A DNA stretch of 64,000 nucleotides from Desulfobacterales bacterium (GTDB lineage: Bacteria; Desulfobacterota; Desulfobacteria; Desulfobacterales; UBA5852), in contig CAXXVS010000003.1 of the NCBI GenBank assembly GCA_963674755.2, positions 992,001 to 1,056,000 of the forward strand, in the 5' to 3' direction. Under the pieces are notes generated by a model, which saw nothing but the letters and a program-made list of their open reading frames with translations, did no database searches and was not told the origin of the DNA. The translations under genes and the position numbers were made by a program. How positions within the stretch are numbered: position 1 is the stretch's first letter; each line of letters starts with the position of its first letter. Shown here in pieces: positions 30,352 through 38,904 of the stretch.

Positions 30352-33192
30352 TTATCCGCCGCTGGGCGGGGCCATTTTTTCGATTCTGGTCTTGATGTAT
30401 TTCAACAACGGCGTGCCGCCCATGTCTTCCGTTATGTTGGGCTTTTGGATGCCTGGTGGGTTCTGGCCGCCGAATTGCGGGAATTTGGGATCGCCTTCGA
30501 GGCCTCGTTTGTGGCCGTACCCGCCGGGAGAGCCCAGGATGCCGGGCATGATGTCCCAGGTGGGATGGGCTTTGATGGCGATCTCGCCCCAGGGGGATTT
30601 GAGCTTGACGAGATCGCCCTCGGCGATGTCCAGATCGTGGGCGTCCATTTTGTTGATCCACAGGGGATTGGTGCCCCGGGTCTTCATCAGGCCGAAATCG
30701 CTGAAGGTGGAGGAATGCTCGTGCTCCAGGATCCGGAAGTTGCCGAACAGGAACGGATAGGTGGCATCGGTGGCCAGATCCGGTGGCCCGTCGTGGTGAT
30801 TGGGCAGCGGATCGACGCCTTTTTCCTGGGCCACCACGTTCAGGAAGTTGTATTTGCCGGTCTTGGTATTGCCGGACGAGCCGTAGCCCTCAGGGGGATT
30901 GAGGGAACCCCACTTGCGGTATTTGTAGTATTCGGCCTTGTCCGTGATGACATAGCCCTTTTCTTTAAGCTGGTCCAGGGTACAGGGCAGGCCCCGCAGC
31001 TGGTTTTCAAACGCTTCTTCGATATGCTGCCATGGGAAATAGCCTTCCAGCCCCATCCGGCGTGCCAGCTCTATGGTAATCCAGTACATGGGGCGCGATT
31101 CGTAGAGCGGTTCGACGACTTCGGCCCAATAGCTGATCTGGGCGTCATAGAGCCAGTCAGGTTTGATCTGGCTTTGTTCCAGCCAGGTGCTGTCCGGCAA
31201 CACCACATCGCACAAGAGTGCGGTGTTGCACATGAAGGCGTCGATGCAGACTTTGAACTGCATTTTCTCTATGGCCTCCGTGATCGCGGCCTGGTTGCCC
31301 CAACTCAAGACGGGATCGCCGAAATAGCAGATCATGCCCTCCAGCTTGCCGGATTCGACATCGTCCAGCAGATAGGCGGGGGCCCATCCGGCCCACATCC
31401 GCAGTTTATCGAGCTTCGGCGCTTGGCCCTTGGGAGGCTTTTCCTGCCCTTCGCCCCAGGCGGGTTTGAGTTTCCGCTTGAAAGGCAGCGAAGGACCGCC
31501 GGGCGCATCGAAAGTGCCGCAGAGGCCGTTTAAGGCTTGCAGGGCGGCGGTGGCGTACATGCCGTTGGGTACCTGGGCCAGACCGGTCCAGGACATGGCG
31601 CCCTTGGTCCTGGCTTTGGCGAATTCCAGGGCAATCCGTTCGATGGTTTCGGCCGGCACGCCGCTGATGCTGGACGCCCAGCGCGGCGTTTTGGGCAGAT
31701 CGTCGTCTTCGCCCATCACGCGGTTTTTGAAGGCTTCAAACCCGGTGGTCCAGTTGGCAACGAACTCTTTGTCGTAGAGTCCGTTTTTGATGATGACGTG
31801 GCACATGGCCAAAGCCACGGCCGCGTCGGTGGACGGTTTGATGGGAATCCACTCGGTAGCCAGGGCGGCGGTCTCGGAGCGTCTAGGGTCCAGGACCACC
31901 AGCTTGGCGCCGCGGTCGACAGCCGACTTCAATTGGGCTGTCTTGCGCTGACCATAGGAGGTGGCCACCTCATTCATGCCGAAATGGAGAATGTAGTCGG
32001 CCTCCTGATAATTGATCCAGGGCCGCTTGTCGCTCAGATTGTGTTCGTTGGACATGCGGTTGGCATTGTCGCACATGGGGCGGTGGGTGGTCTTGGGACA
32101 CCCCAGGTGATCGAAAAGACCTTCATGCACCCAGTTCGCAAAATCGTTGCCGCGCATATAGCCTATTTTGGTGGGGTCATGCTGCTTGAAGTCGTTCACC
32201 ACCTTGTCGAGGGCTTCCTCCCAGGAGGCCTTGCGGAAGCGGCCGTCTTCCTTGATCAGCGGCGACTTGAGACGATAGGCGGAGTAAACGTGGTTTTTGG
32301 CGTTGCCGCCTTTGATGCACAGGCGACCGCCGCCTTTGATATCCCCCTGCAATCCGCTGGTGGACATCAAGATGCCGTCCTTGGTTTTGGCCGTCATGCC
32401 GCACAGGGCCCCGCAGGCATAGCAGTGGGTCGGAATAGCGCGGGCCGGGGCCGGGTCGATGGTACCGGGTTGGAGCAGAAAGGATTCTTTGGCCAACGGG
32501 AGCATTTTCAGAACGTTCGCCATACTTGCCAGATCCGCGGCGGGGTCGGAAGGAAAGACGGTTTCCGGCGGCAGTGAGGCCAGATGCGCTACAAAGAGAT
32601 AGCCCAGGGTAAATTCCGCCAGGGCTTTGTAGAAACCCGATTTGTCCGCGCTGTGGAGAACAGCGCAGAATTCGGTGCGCCAGGCCATATGCCGGCGTCC
32701 AAAGTCGGATCGTACATTGGCCACGGAGTGGTCCCCGGCGGCTTCGCGCCGATTCATTTCGGCCAGGAAATCAAACTCGACGGCGATATGGTCCTCGGGT
32801 TCGCGATAGGCCGGATCTTTATGGAGGCCCTGTTTGCGGAGGATCTCGCGCATCTGGAATACCGGTTCGCCGTATAGGGTGGGTTCCCGGTCGAGGTAAA
32901 AGGATTCATAGGGCAGGACCGGGTTTTCGCCGGCATTGAGGAAGAGATCCGCATATTCGAAGCGCAATATCTTATGGGTGTCGACCCCGGCGCCGTCCAA
33001 GAATTCAAACAGAACCTTGGCCCCCCGCGCCAATTCCTTGGTGTAAAGACTGAACGCGACCTCTTTGAGGTTGCGCAGAAAGTCATCGGTTTTCATGGCT
33101 TTGTAAAAGTCTTCGGAAATTTCGTCTGCAAATACCGTTGCTAAAAAACGCTGAATGACAAATTTAGCTGCTGCCAGCTTTTTGGCTTCCAT
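30352..33192 (-). CDS. TorD/DmsD chaperone domain fused to a Mo/W-bisPGD oxidoreductase catalytic subunit (Phs/Psr/Arr-like)
   Basis: N-terminal YADLF, PYESFY, EPEDHIAVE; then CYACGALC...LCIKG 4Fe-4S, RPMC ligand position, DVVLP, C-terminal MPT-binding domain; no twin-Arg leader. Confidence 0.9.
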   Translation of the reverse strand: MEAKKLAAAKFVIQRFLATVFADEISEDFYKAMKTDDFLRNLKEVAFSLYTKELARGAKVLFEFLDGAGVDTHKILRFEYADLFLNAGENPVLPYESFYLDREPTLYGEPVFQMREILRKQGLHKDPAYREPEDHIAVEFDFLAEMNRREAAGDHSVANVRSDFGRRHMAWRTEFCAVLHSADKSGFYKALAEFTLGYLFVAHLASLPPETVFPSDPAADLASMANVLKMLPLAKESFLLQPGTIDPAPARAIPTHCYACGALCGMTAKTKDGILMSTSGLQGDIKGGGRLCIKGGNAKNHVYSAYRLKSPLIKEDGRFRKASWEEALDKVVNDFKQHDPTKIGYMRGNDFANWVHEGLFDHLGCPKTTHRPMCDNANRMSNEHNLSDKRPWINYQEADYILHFGMNEVATSYGQRKTAQLKSAVDRGAKLVVLDPRRSETAALATEWIPIKPSTDAAVALAMCHVIIKNGLYDKEFVANWTTGFEAFKNRVMGEDDDLPKTPRWASSISGVPAETIERIALEFAKARTKGAMSWTGLAQVPNGMYATAALQALNGLCGTFDAPGGPSLPFKRKLKPAWGEGQEKPPKGQAPKLDKLRMWAGWAPAYLLDDVESGKLEGMICYFGDPVLSWGNQAAITEAIEKMQFKVCIDAFMCNTALLCDVVLPDSTWLEQSQIKPDWLYDAQISYWAEVVEPLYESRPMYWITIELARRMGLEGYFPWQHIEEAFENQLRGLPCTLDQLKEKGYVITDKAEYYKYRKWGSLNPPEGYGSSGNTKTGKYNFLNVVAQEKGVDPLPNHHDGPPDLATDATYPFLFGNFRILEHEHSSTFSDFGLMKTRGTNPLWINKMDAHDLDIAEGDLVKLKSPWGEIAIKAHPTWDIMPGILGSPGGYGHKRGLEGDPKFPQFGGQNPPGIQKPNITEDMGGTPLLKYIKTRIEKMAPPSGG

Positions 33193-33208
33193 CGTATTCT
33201 CCCCACTA

Positions 33209-33580
33209 TTATAGGTTAAGGCTGCCCTTGATGGTGCTTTTCCCTTTCAACAGGGCCCGTTTGAGACAGGCGTCCAATTCCTCGATGACGATGGGTTTGA
33301 ATAGGACTGAGCAGGGTGCCCCCCGCAGCGCGCGGCGGATTTCCATGATCTCGGGCGCATCGCAGAAAAGAACGACTTTGAAATTCGGGGAGATTTCCCG
33401 CAGAGGTTTGATCATGTCGATGCCTTCCGCACCGACTAGCAGGGCGATATCCACTTTGTGGCCCTGCGCGTAATCGACGGATTCACCGGCATCATTGAAC
33501 GATACGACATCGTGCCCAAGGGCGGCCACCTCATCCCAGCCCATCTCGGGATCGGGATCGAATGCCATGATTTGTGCCAC
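33209..33580 (-). CDS. Atypical (pseudo-)receiver domain protein
   Basis: CheY-like pattern with FKP retained, but DIALLVG lacks the phospho-acceptor Asp. Confidence 0.65.
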   Translation of the reverse strand: MAQIMAFDPDPEMGWDEVAALGHDVVSFNDAGESVDYAQGHKVDIALLVGAEGIDMIKPLREISPNFKVVLFCDAPEIMEIRRALRGAPCSVLFKPIVIEELDACLKRALLKGKSTIKGSLNL

Positions 33581-33616
33581 AGTTTACCTCCTCAACGGTT
33601 ATGGTTGGAAAAAGCA

Positions 33617-33979
33617 TTAAAGGGCTTCCGGCGGATAGGGCCGCCTTTTGCCCGGCATTTGATAGCATGGATCGCAGAGCCGATGCTGGCCATACGCCTC
33701 GATAATTCGGTCGACGGCCCCGGCGATGCCGCTGATCAGATGGATCTCGCAATTTGCGAGATAGCGGCTCATCAGGTCGCTGATGCCGGCGCAGATGAGC
33801 GTGTCGATCTTGCGGCGTGCGATCATCTGGCTGCGTTCCGGAAGCGACAGTCCCGCCAGCGAAACGGTCAGGCGCTGCATTTCTTTGCCGGCGTCGATAT
33901 CGACCACCAGCAAGTCGTTGCAGGTGTCGAGAACCGGTGAGATGCGCGCCTGAAATGTCGGAATGGCGATGCGTTCCAT
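33617..33979 (-). CDS. NifB/NifX (FeMo-co-binding, ORP-like) family protein
   Basis: MERIAIP..RISPVLD, LICAGIS, ISGIAG, MPG. Confidence 0.8.
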   Translation of the reverse strand: MERIAIPTFQARISPVLDTCNDLLVVDIDAGKEMQRLTVSLAGLSLPERSQMIARRKIDTLICAGISDLMSRYLANCEIHLISGIAGAVDRIIEAYGQHRLCDPCYQMPGKRRPYPPEAL

Positions 33980-34034
33980 TGGTCGCGTTAGCATGGACCG
34001 GTCAAGAGACCGGACCGTCCTTGTAGCGCTGTTT

Positions 34035-34050
34035 AACAAAAGTCATGCCA
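34035..34050 (-). promoter_or_regulatory. Candidate sigma54 promoter for the NifX-receiver-molybdoenzyme operon
   Basis: TGGCATGACTTTTGTT (GG-N10-GT variant). Confidence 0.5.
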
Positions 34051-34195
34051 TGGGGAATTTTATCCTGTAATATATTGGATTTTCAGAAAAAAGAGGTTTG
34101 TCAATTCGATTGACAACCGAATCTGAAATAGGATAGAGGATGCATTATGCACCTGCTTCCATGCGGGGGTGCAAATTGAACCTCAGGGATGAGGC

Positions 34196-35545
34196 GTGGA
34201 GGAGGACGACATGAGGGCCGATGGGATGGATGCTCCCCACTACTATGAAGTGATCTTGGACAGTATCGCCGACGGGGTGCTCACCGTGAACAACGATATG
34301 GTCGTGACCGCCTTCAACCGCTCGGCGCAACAAATTACCCGGGTGCCCCGGGAGGAGGCCATCGGCCGCAAGTGCTTCGATGTCATGCGCGGGGAGATGT
34401 GCGAATCGGCGTGTTGTATCAAGACGACCATGGAAACCGGGCAACCCTGTCAGAACAGGCCGGTTTATATCGTGCGCGCCGATAACAAACGGATTCCGGT
34501 CAGTGTCACCACCAGCGTCCTGCGCGACGAGCAGGGCACCCCCATGGGGGCGGTGGAGATTATTCGGGACCTTTCCGAAATCAACGACTTAAGGCAGGCC
34601 TGCCGCAAAATTTATCGCTTCGAAGATATTGTCAGCAAGAATCATCGGATGATGAAGCTGTTCGGGCTCCTGCCACTCGTGGCCTCCAGCCGGAGTACGG
34701 TTTTGATTGAAGGTGCCAGCGGCACGGGGAAGGAACTGGTGGCAAAAGCCATTCACAACCAGGGAAACGAACCGGATGCGCCCTTTGTGGCTGTCAATTG
34801 CGGTGCTTTGCCGGATACGCTCATCGAGGCCGAGCTTTTTGGCTACCGAGCGGGTGCCTTCACGGATGCCCGTCGCGACAAAACGGGTCTGTTTGCCGCG
34901 GGTGGAGAGGGGACGATTTTCCTGGATGAAATCGGCGATATTTCCCTATCCACCCAGGTTAGTCTTCTCCGTGTATTGCAAAACAAAACCTATCGCCCCC
35001 TTGGTGCGAATACGGACTGCGAGATGAAGGCCCGTATCATTACGGCTTCGCATCACAATCTGAGAGATCTCGTGGAGGCCAAACGATTCCGCGAAGATCT
35101 CTACTACCGCATCAACGTCATTCGTCTGACGCTCCCCGATTTGTCCGAGCGGAAAGAAGACATTTCCCTCCTAGTGGACCATTTCGTGGAGCGCTTCAAT
35201 TCACTGACCGGCAAGCATATTGCCGGCGTTTCGGACGAGGTGCTGGCCGCCTTTGCCCTGCACGATTGGCCCGGGAACATCCGGGAGCTCGAAAATGCCA
35301 TCGAGCATGCCTTCATCCTTTGCAACGATGGCATCATCGACCTCACCCACCTCCCGGAAACCATTGCGCCCCGCCCCACCAATACGAGTGCCAGGGCTGC
35401 CGCGACCCTGAGGGAGATCGAGAAGCGGGCCATTGCCGAAGCGCTGCGCCGCAACGGAGGACGCCGGATGGCGACGGCCCGGGAACTCGATATCCACAAA
35501 AACACCTTGCGGCGCAAGATAGAAGCCTATGGCATCGATGGATAG
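34196..35545 (+). CDS. PAS-domain sigma54 activator, OrpR-like
   Basis: PAS with C-x8-C-x3-CC, GASGTGKE, GAFTDA, FREDLYYR, HTH; start uncertain. Confidence 0.9.
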   Translation: MEEDDMRADGMDAPHYYEVILDSIADGVLTVNNDMVVTAFNRSAQQITRVPREEAIGRKCFDVMRGEMCESACCIKTTMETGQPCQNRPVYIVRADNKRIPVSVTTSVLRDEQGTPMGAVEIIRDLSEINDLRQACRKIYRFEDIVSKNHRMMKLFGLLPLVASSRSTVLIEGASGTGKELVAKAIHNQGNEPDAPFVAVNCGALPDTLIEAELFGYRAGAFTDARRDKTGLFAAGGEGTIFLDEIGDISLSTQVSLLRVLQNKTYRPLGANTDCEMKARIITASHHNLRDLVEAKRFREDLYYRINVIRLTLPDLSERKEDISLLVDHFVERFNSLTGKHIAGVSDEVLAAFALHDWPGNIRELENAIEHAFILCNDGIIDLTHLPETIAPRPTNTSARAAATLREIEKRAIAEALRRNGGRRMATARELDIHKNTLRRKIEAYGIDG

Positions 35546-35695
35546 ACGATGTCAGGTGGGGTCTTGCGCTTCTGAAGCGGGCGGCGGCCTAAAGCGGCGC
35601 GCAAATGATGTTAAGACGAGGGTGCTTCACGGTCCTGCTCGTCAGAACCGGGATGAATTGGCGGCCGTGTGTCGGCGTATTTGTGCAGAGGACCA

Positions 35696-36079
35696 CTAAA
35701 TAGGGTGTGTCGATTGAACGAGGGGAGATGGTGATTCCAGCTTTTTGCCGCCTGGCATTCGGAAGCGATCCTGGTCCAACAGATCTTGTTGATAGGCGGC
35801 GATAATTTGCTCCACCTCCCCTGATATGCCGCTAATGACGTGCATGCCACGGTTTACGAGGCAGGCCAGCATCCATTCGCTAACGCCGGCACAGATGATT
35901 TTTTGGACCCCCCGCCGAGACATTGCCATTCCGCGCTCGGCGGGGGTCAATTTTGCCAGCGACACGATAACGCGCTGCAATGGTCCCGCTTCGGAAAGAT
36001 CGATAATCATCAGCTCGTTGCAGGTATCGAGGACCGGCGAGATGCGGGACTGAAATATAGGAATCGCGATGCGTTCCAT
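35696..36079 (-). CDS. NifB/NifX family protein (paralogue of 33617-33979)
   Basis: MERIAIPIFQSRISPVLDTCN, IICAGVS, ISGISG, MPG. Confidence 0.8.
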   Translation of the reverse strand: MERIAIPIFQSRISPVLDTCNELMIIDLSEAGPLQRVIVSLAKLTPAERGMAMSRRGVQKIICAGVSEWMLACLVNRGMHVISGISGEVEQIIAAYQQDLLDQDRFRMPGGKKLESPSPLVQSTHPI

Positions 36080-36985
36080 TTATTTGTGTTTGTGCGGCCT
36101 GAAAACGATAAAGTTGCACAGTTTGCAGATGTCGAAGCCGGGATAGGTTTCTCCCGTTCGGGGGAAGGACGGGCCGCCGTCCCGCACCGTGCGTTCTAGC
36201 ATCCAATGCACCGTGGGTTCTACATGGTCACCGGGCCACACCCAGTTGATTTCGCTTTGTTCGGTTTTCCCGGCGGTTTTGCTGCTGCTGCACATGGGGG
36301 TGATGTTCGGCTTGTTCAGCACATGGCATTGGACGCAGCCGTGGCAGATCGAGGAATTCATGGTCATGATCATATCGAAAGGGTGTTCGTCATAGGCGGC
36401 GCACCAATCGTTGCCGAGGTGATAGGCTTGGAGGACATCGCAGATCCCGTGAACCACGTCGGGCTTGAACGGGGCCTTGTGCAAGGGGGCGGTGGCAAAG
36501 GCCAGCAGCCCATCCGGAAGCCGTTTCTTCGTGCGGACGAATTTTTCCGCCTGTTCCCAGCTTTTCGTATATTTTAAGTGACTTTTGATTTCGCCGTCGT
36601 CGAGCTCTTTCCAGCCCATGACAAACTGGGCGTTGGAGCATCCCGTTTTATCGCTGGTGCCCAGAAGGATGTCGCCGCGCATCCGGGAGGCGGCCACAAA
36701 ATGGCAGAAGGTGTAAGCGTGCATCGCCGTTTTGTAATCATTGTTGTTTTTGAAGTCTTCCAGCTCGTCTTCCGAATAGAAATATTTGATCGCCACGGGA
36801 TAATAGGTCGTTTTGAGGAGATTGCGCAAAGCGAATACGATATCCGCGTTGCTGAGGACACCGTTGTTGCGGGCTGCATTATCCAGAAGTGCTTTGGCCA
36901 AAGCGACGTCATCCAGATACATTTCAGTGTCAACGGGCTTGGAAGTTTCTTGAACAGCATCAGCGGGATCCAAAGTCATTTTCAT
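36080..36985 (-). CDS. DUF169-like Cys-rich protein
   Basis: PVAIK, FCHF, CSNA, APL..APFKPDVV, SICHGC pattern; AAGGAGG RBS. Confidence 0.7.
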   Translation of the reverse strand: MKMTLDPADAVQETSKPVDTEMYLDDVALAKALLDNAARNNGVLSNADIVFALRNLLKTTYYPVAIKYFYSEDELEDFKNNNDYKTAMHAYTFCHFVAASRMRGDILLGTSDKTGCSNAQFVMGWKELDDGEIKSHLKYTKSWEQAEKFVRTKKRLPDGLLAFATAPLHKAPFKPDVVHGICDVLQAYHLGNDWCAAYDEHPFDMIMTMNSSICHGCVQCHVLNKPNITPMCSSSKTAGKTEQSEINWVWPGDHVEPTVHWMLERTVRDGGPSFPRTGETYPGFDICKLCNFIVFRPHKHK

Positions 36986-37066
36986 GCCTCCTTAAAATAA
37001 GTAAATGAATGAAAGAATGATGTCGCGTTCCCCCTAGGGTGTTTGAGAAAAGCTTTTTGGATAAAC

Positions 37067-37171
37067 GGTATCAAATTTGACACCAATTAATCATTGAAAA
37101 AGGATGGTGTCATACTCTTCACAATGTATTTGGAGGAAGCAGTTTGGCTAAATGATATCAAAAATGATACC
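37067..37171. promoter_or_regulatory. Repeated 18-bp palindromic operator/UAS sites
   Basis: GGTATCA-AATT-TGACACC (37067-37084) and GATATCA-AAAA-TGATACC (37154-37171); half-sites at 37106 and 37184. Confidence 0.6.
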
Positions 37172-37630
37172 AATCTTTCCATTGGTGCCAAAAATTTATA
37201 TCCATTTGATTTTTAAAAATAAAAAATGACTGAGGGGCGTTGCGATGCATTCGTCGAATGTTCAAAAAGATGCATTTTGCATCTTTTTGCCATGTTTTTG
37301 GATGCAGATTGCAGCCGATAGATTCGCCCGTTGGGCCAGATCAGCATGGCAATACTTGGAATGCCATGCGATGGTGTGGGGCGGGTGGGACGATTCCGGA
37401 AGAGGCGCTGGGCCTGTTTTTCTCTGCGATCTATTCGATACGTTTACGCGTAAAGGTGCTTCGCTAGCGAGTGAAGAATTCGAGAGGAAGCGACAGTTCC
37501 AGATCAAGGGGGCGCATCTTGCTGGCGCTAGCCTATTGAAGCGCCTCCTTTTGCCAGTAGTCGGCAGGGGCGCCGCCGGAAGCGGCCGGTGTCAAGCACA
37601 GCGCCATGGCCACCAGCGCAAAAATATACA

Positions 37631-38227
37631 TCAGAATCGGCATGGTGTTTCTCCTTCCGCAAAAGGGCCGGAAGCTGGTGGCGCGGGCAGCCGGATGATC
37701 CGGTCGCAATCCTGAATTAAACGCTCGGTCAGCCGGCGTTCCCGGCGGGAGAGGCGGTAGTCGGGAAAGCTGTGGCCATAGTAGGCGTTGATCAGGGCGG
37801 TTGCGGCCGACCGGATGACTTGCCGAAAGGGATCGTAGGCGCCGGCCTGCAAATAAAGGGTGGCGTCGTTGATAATCAGGATGGTGCCCTTCGAAAGGCG
37901 TGGGTCCCGTAAAAGGGGAGCGATTGTCGCGGCGTTGGCCCGGGCCAGCATTTCGGCCTCCGCCTCGGTTGGGGCCATGAGGCGCGGCGGCGTGATGGGG
38001 GGCGTCTGGCAGATCCCCTCGAATCCCCGCGGCAGGGCGAGGCGCCCGCCGATGCTTTGACGCGTTTGCGGGGCCAGGTCCAACACGGCGATTTCCCGCG
38101 AGCGGCCTTGGGCTGTCCAAGCGGCCAATACGTTTTCGGTCAGGCGGGTTTTGCCGCTGTTGACCTCGCCGATGACGAGCGTCCGTTGGCCGTCATAGTC
38201 CCGGGTGGATAGCGTGTTTGCGGGCAT
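37631..38227 (-). CDS. Uncharacterised small P-loop NTPase, last gene of the thiD-thiW-ECF operon
   Basis: LVIGEVNSGKT Walker A, LIIND Walker-B-like; GGAAAG upstream of ATG. Confidence 0.75.
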   Translation of the reverse strand: MPANTLSTRDYDGQRTLVIGEVNSGKTRLTENVLAAWTAQGRSREIAVLDLAPQTRQSIGGRLALPRGFEGICQTPPITPPRLMAPTEAEAEMLARANAATIAPLLRDPRLSKGTILIINDATLYLQAGAYDPFRQVIRSAATALINAYYGHSFPDYRLSRRERRLTERLIQDCDRIIRLPAPPASGPFAEGETPCRF

Positions 38228-38244
38228 GTCTTTCCCCGTTTGAT

Positions 38245-38904
38245 TCAGCGGACCCCATAAAGGATCAAAACCACCACCAAGCCCCAGCCCCCGGCGATCA
38301 CCAACCAATCGAGGCCCCCCATGCGGTAGGCCTTGCGGAAGCTGCGCCCGGACCGGCCGAAGCCCCGGGCCTCCATGGCTTCGGCCAGGCTTTCGGCCGT
38401 CTGGAAGGCCTGGATCAGCAGCGGGACCAGCAGGGCCGGGTAGTTGCGCAGCGACCGCCAGCCGGGTTTCAATACAATGCCGCGCGCCTGCTGGGCTTCG
38501 ACCACGGCCCGGGCCTTGCGGCTTACCACGGGAACAAACTGAAGGGCGGCCGTCATGACGAAGGCCACCGGAAAGGGCAGGCCGGACTGGACCAGGCTGT
38601 TGCCCAGATCCTCCGGTTCGATGCTCGCAAAGAAGACAAAGAAAACCGTCGTGATGGCCATCAACCCCAGGGCCGCGGCCTGTCCTGTGATCCGGTCGGC
38701 GGTCCACCAGGTGATCCCGCCGAAAAAGAGGGTCATGGGGATCAGCATGATCAGCCAGCGCAGATAGGCTTTGAGCTGCCCCATGGCGACAATGGCGATC
38801 ACCAGCACCGCCCATTCCCCCAACAGCCAGCCTTGTTTGCGCGTCAAGGCAACCAATGTGCCGCAAGCTAAGGCCAGCAGAAGTTTTGTGCGCGGGTCAA
38901 GCAT
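38245..38904 (-). CDS. ecfT: ECF transporter T component
   Basis: MLDPRTKL, AQQARG and AMEARG motifs. Confidence 0.93.
   Translation of the reverse strand: MLDPRTKLLLALACGTLVALTRKQGWLLGEWAVLVIAIVAMGQLKAYLRWLIMLIPMTLFFGGITWWTADRITGQAAALGLMAITTVFFVFFASIEPEDLGNSLVQSGLPFPVAFVMTAALQFVPVVSRKARAVVEAQQARGIVLKPGWRSLRNYPALLVPLLIQAFQTAESLAEAMEARGFGRSGRSFRKAYRMGGLDWLVIAGGWGLVVVLILYGVR

Noticed and set aside
30334..32577. Long plus-strand ORFs (399 and 346 aa) opposite the molybdoenzyme, and similar antisense ORFs opposite the VWA gene, nfnA, lnt, prfB and the RND permease
   Set aside because: Shadow frames of well-supported genes in GC-rich DNA; no recognisable motifs
37277..37292. Sigma54-like TGGCAAAAAGATGCA on the minus strand
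   Set aside because: GG-to-GC spacing is 9 nt rather than the required 10
37533..37643. Signal-peptide-like 36-aa ORF ending in TAG (pyrrolysine read-through considered)
   Set aside because: A second in-frame TAG follows about 22 codons later and no family is recognisable; more likely a remnant or noise
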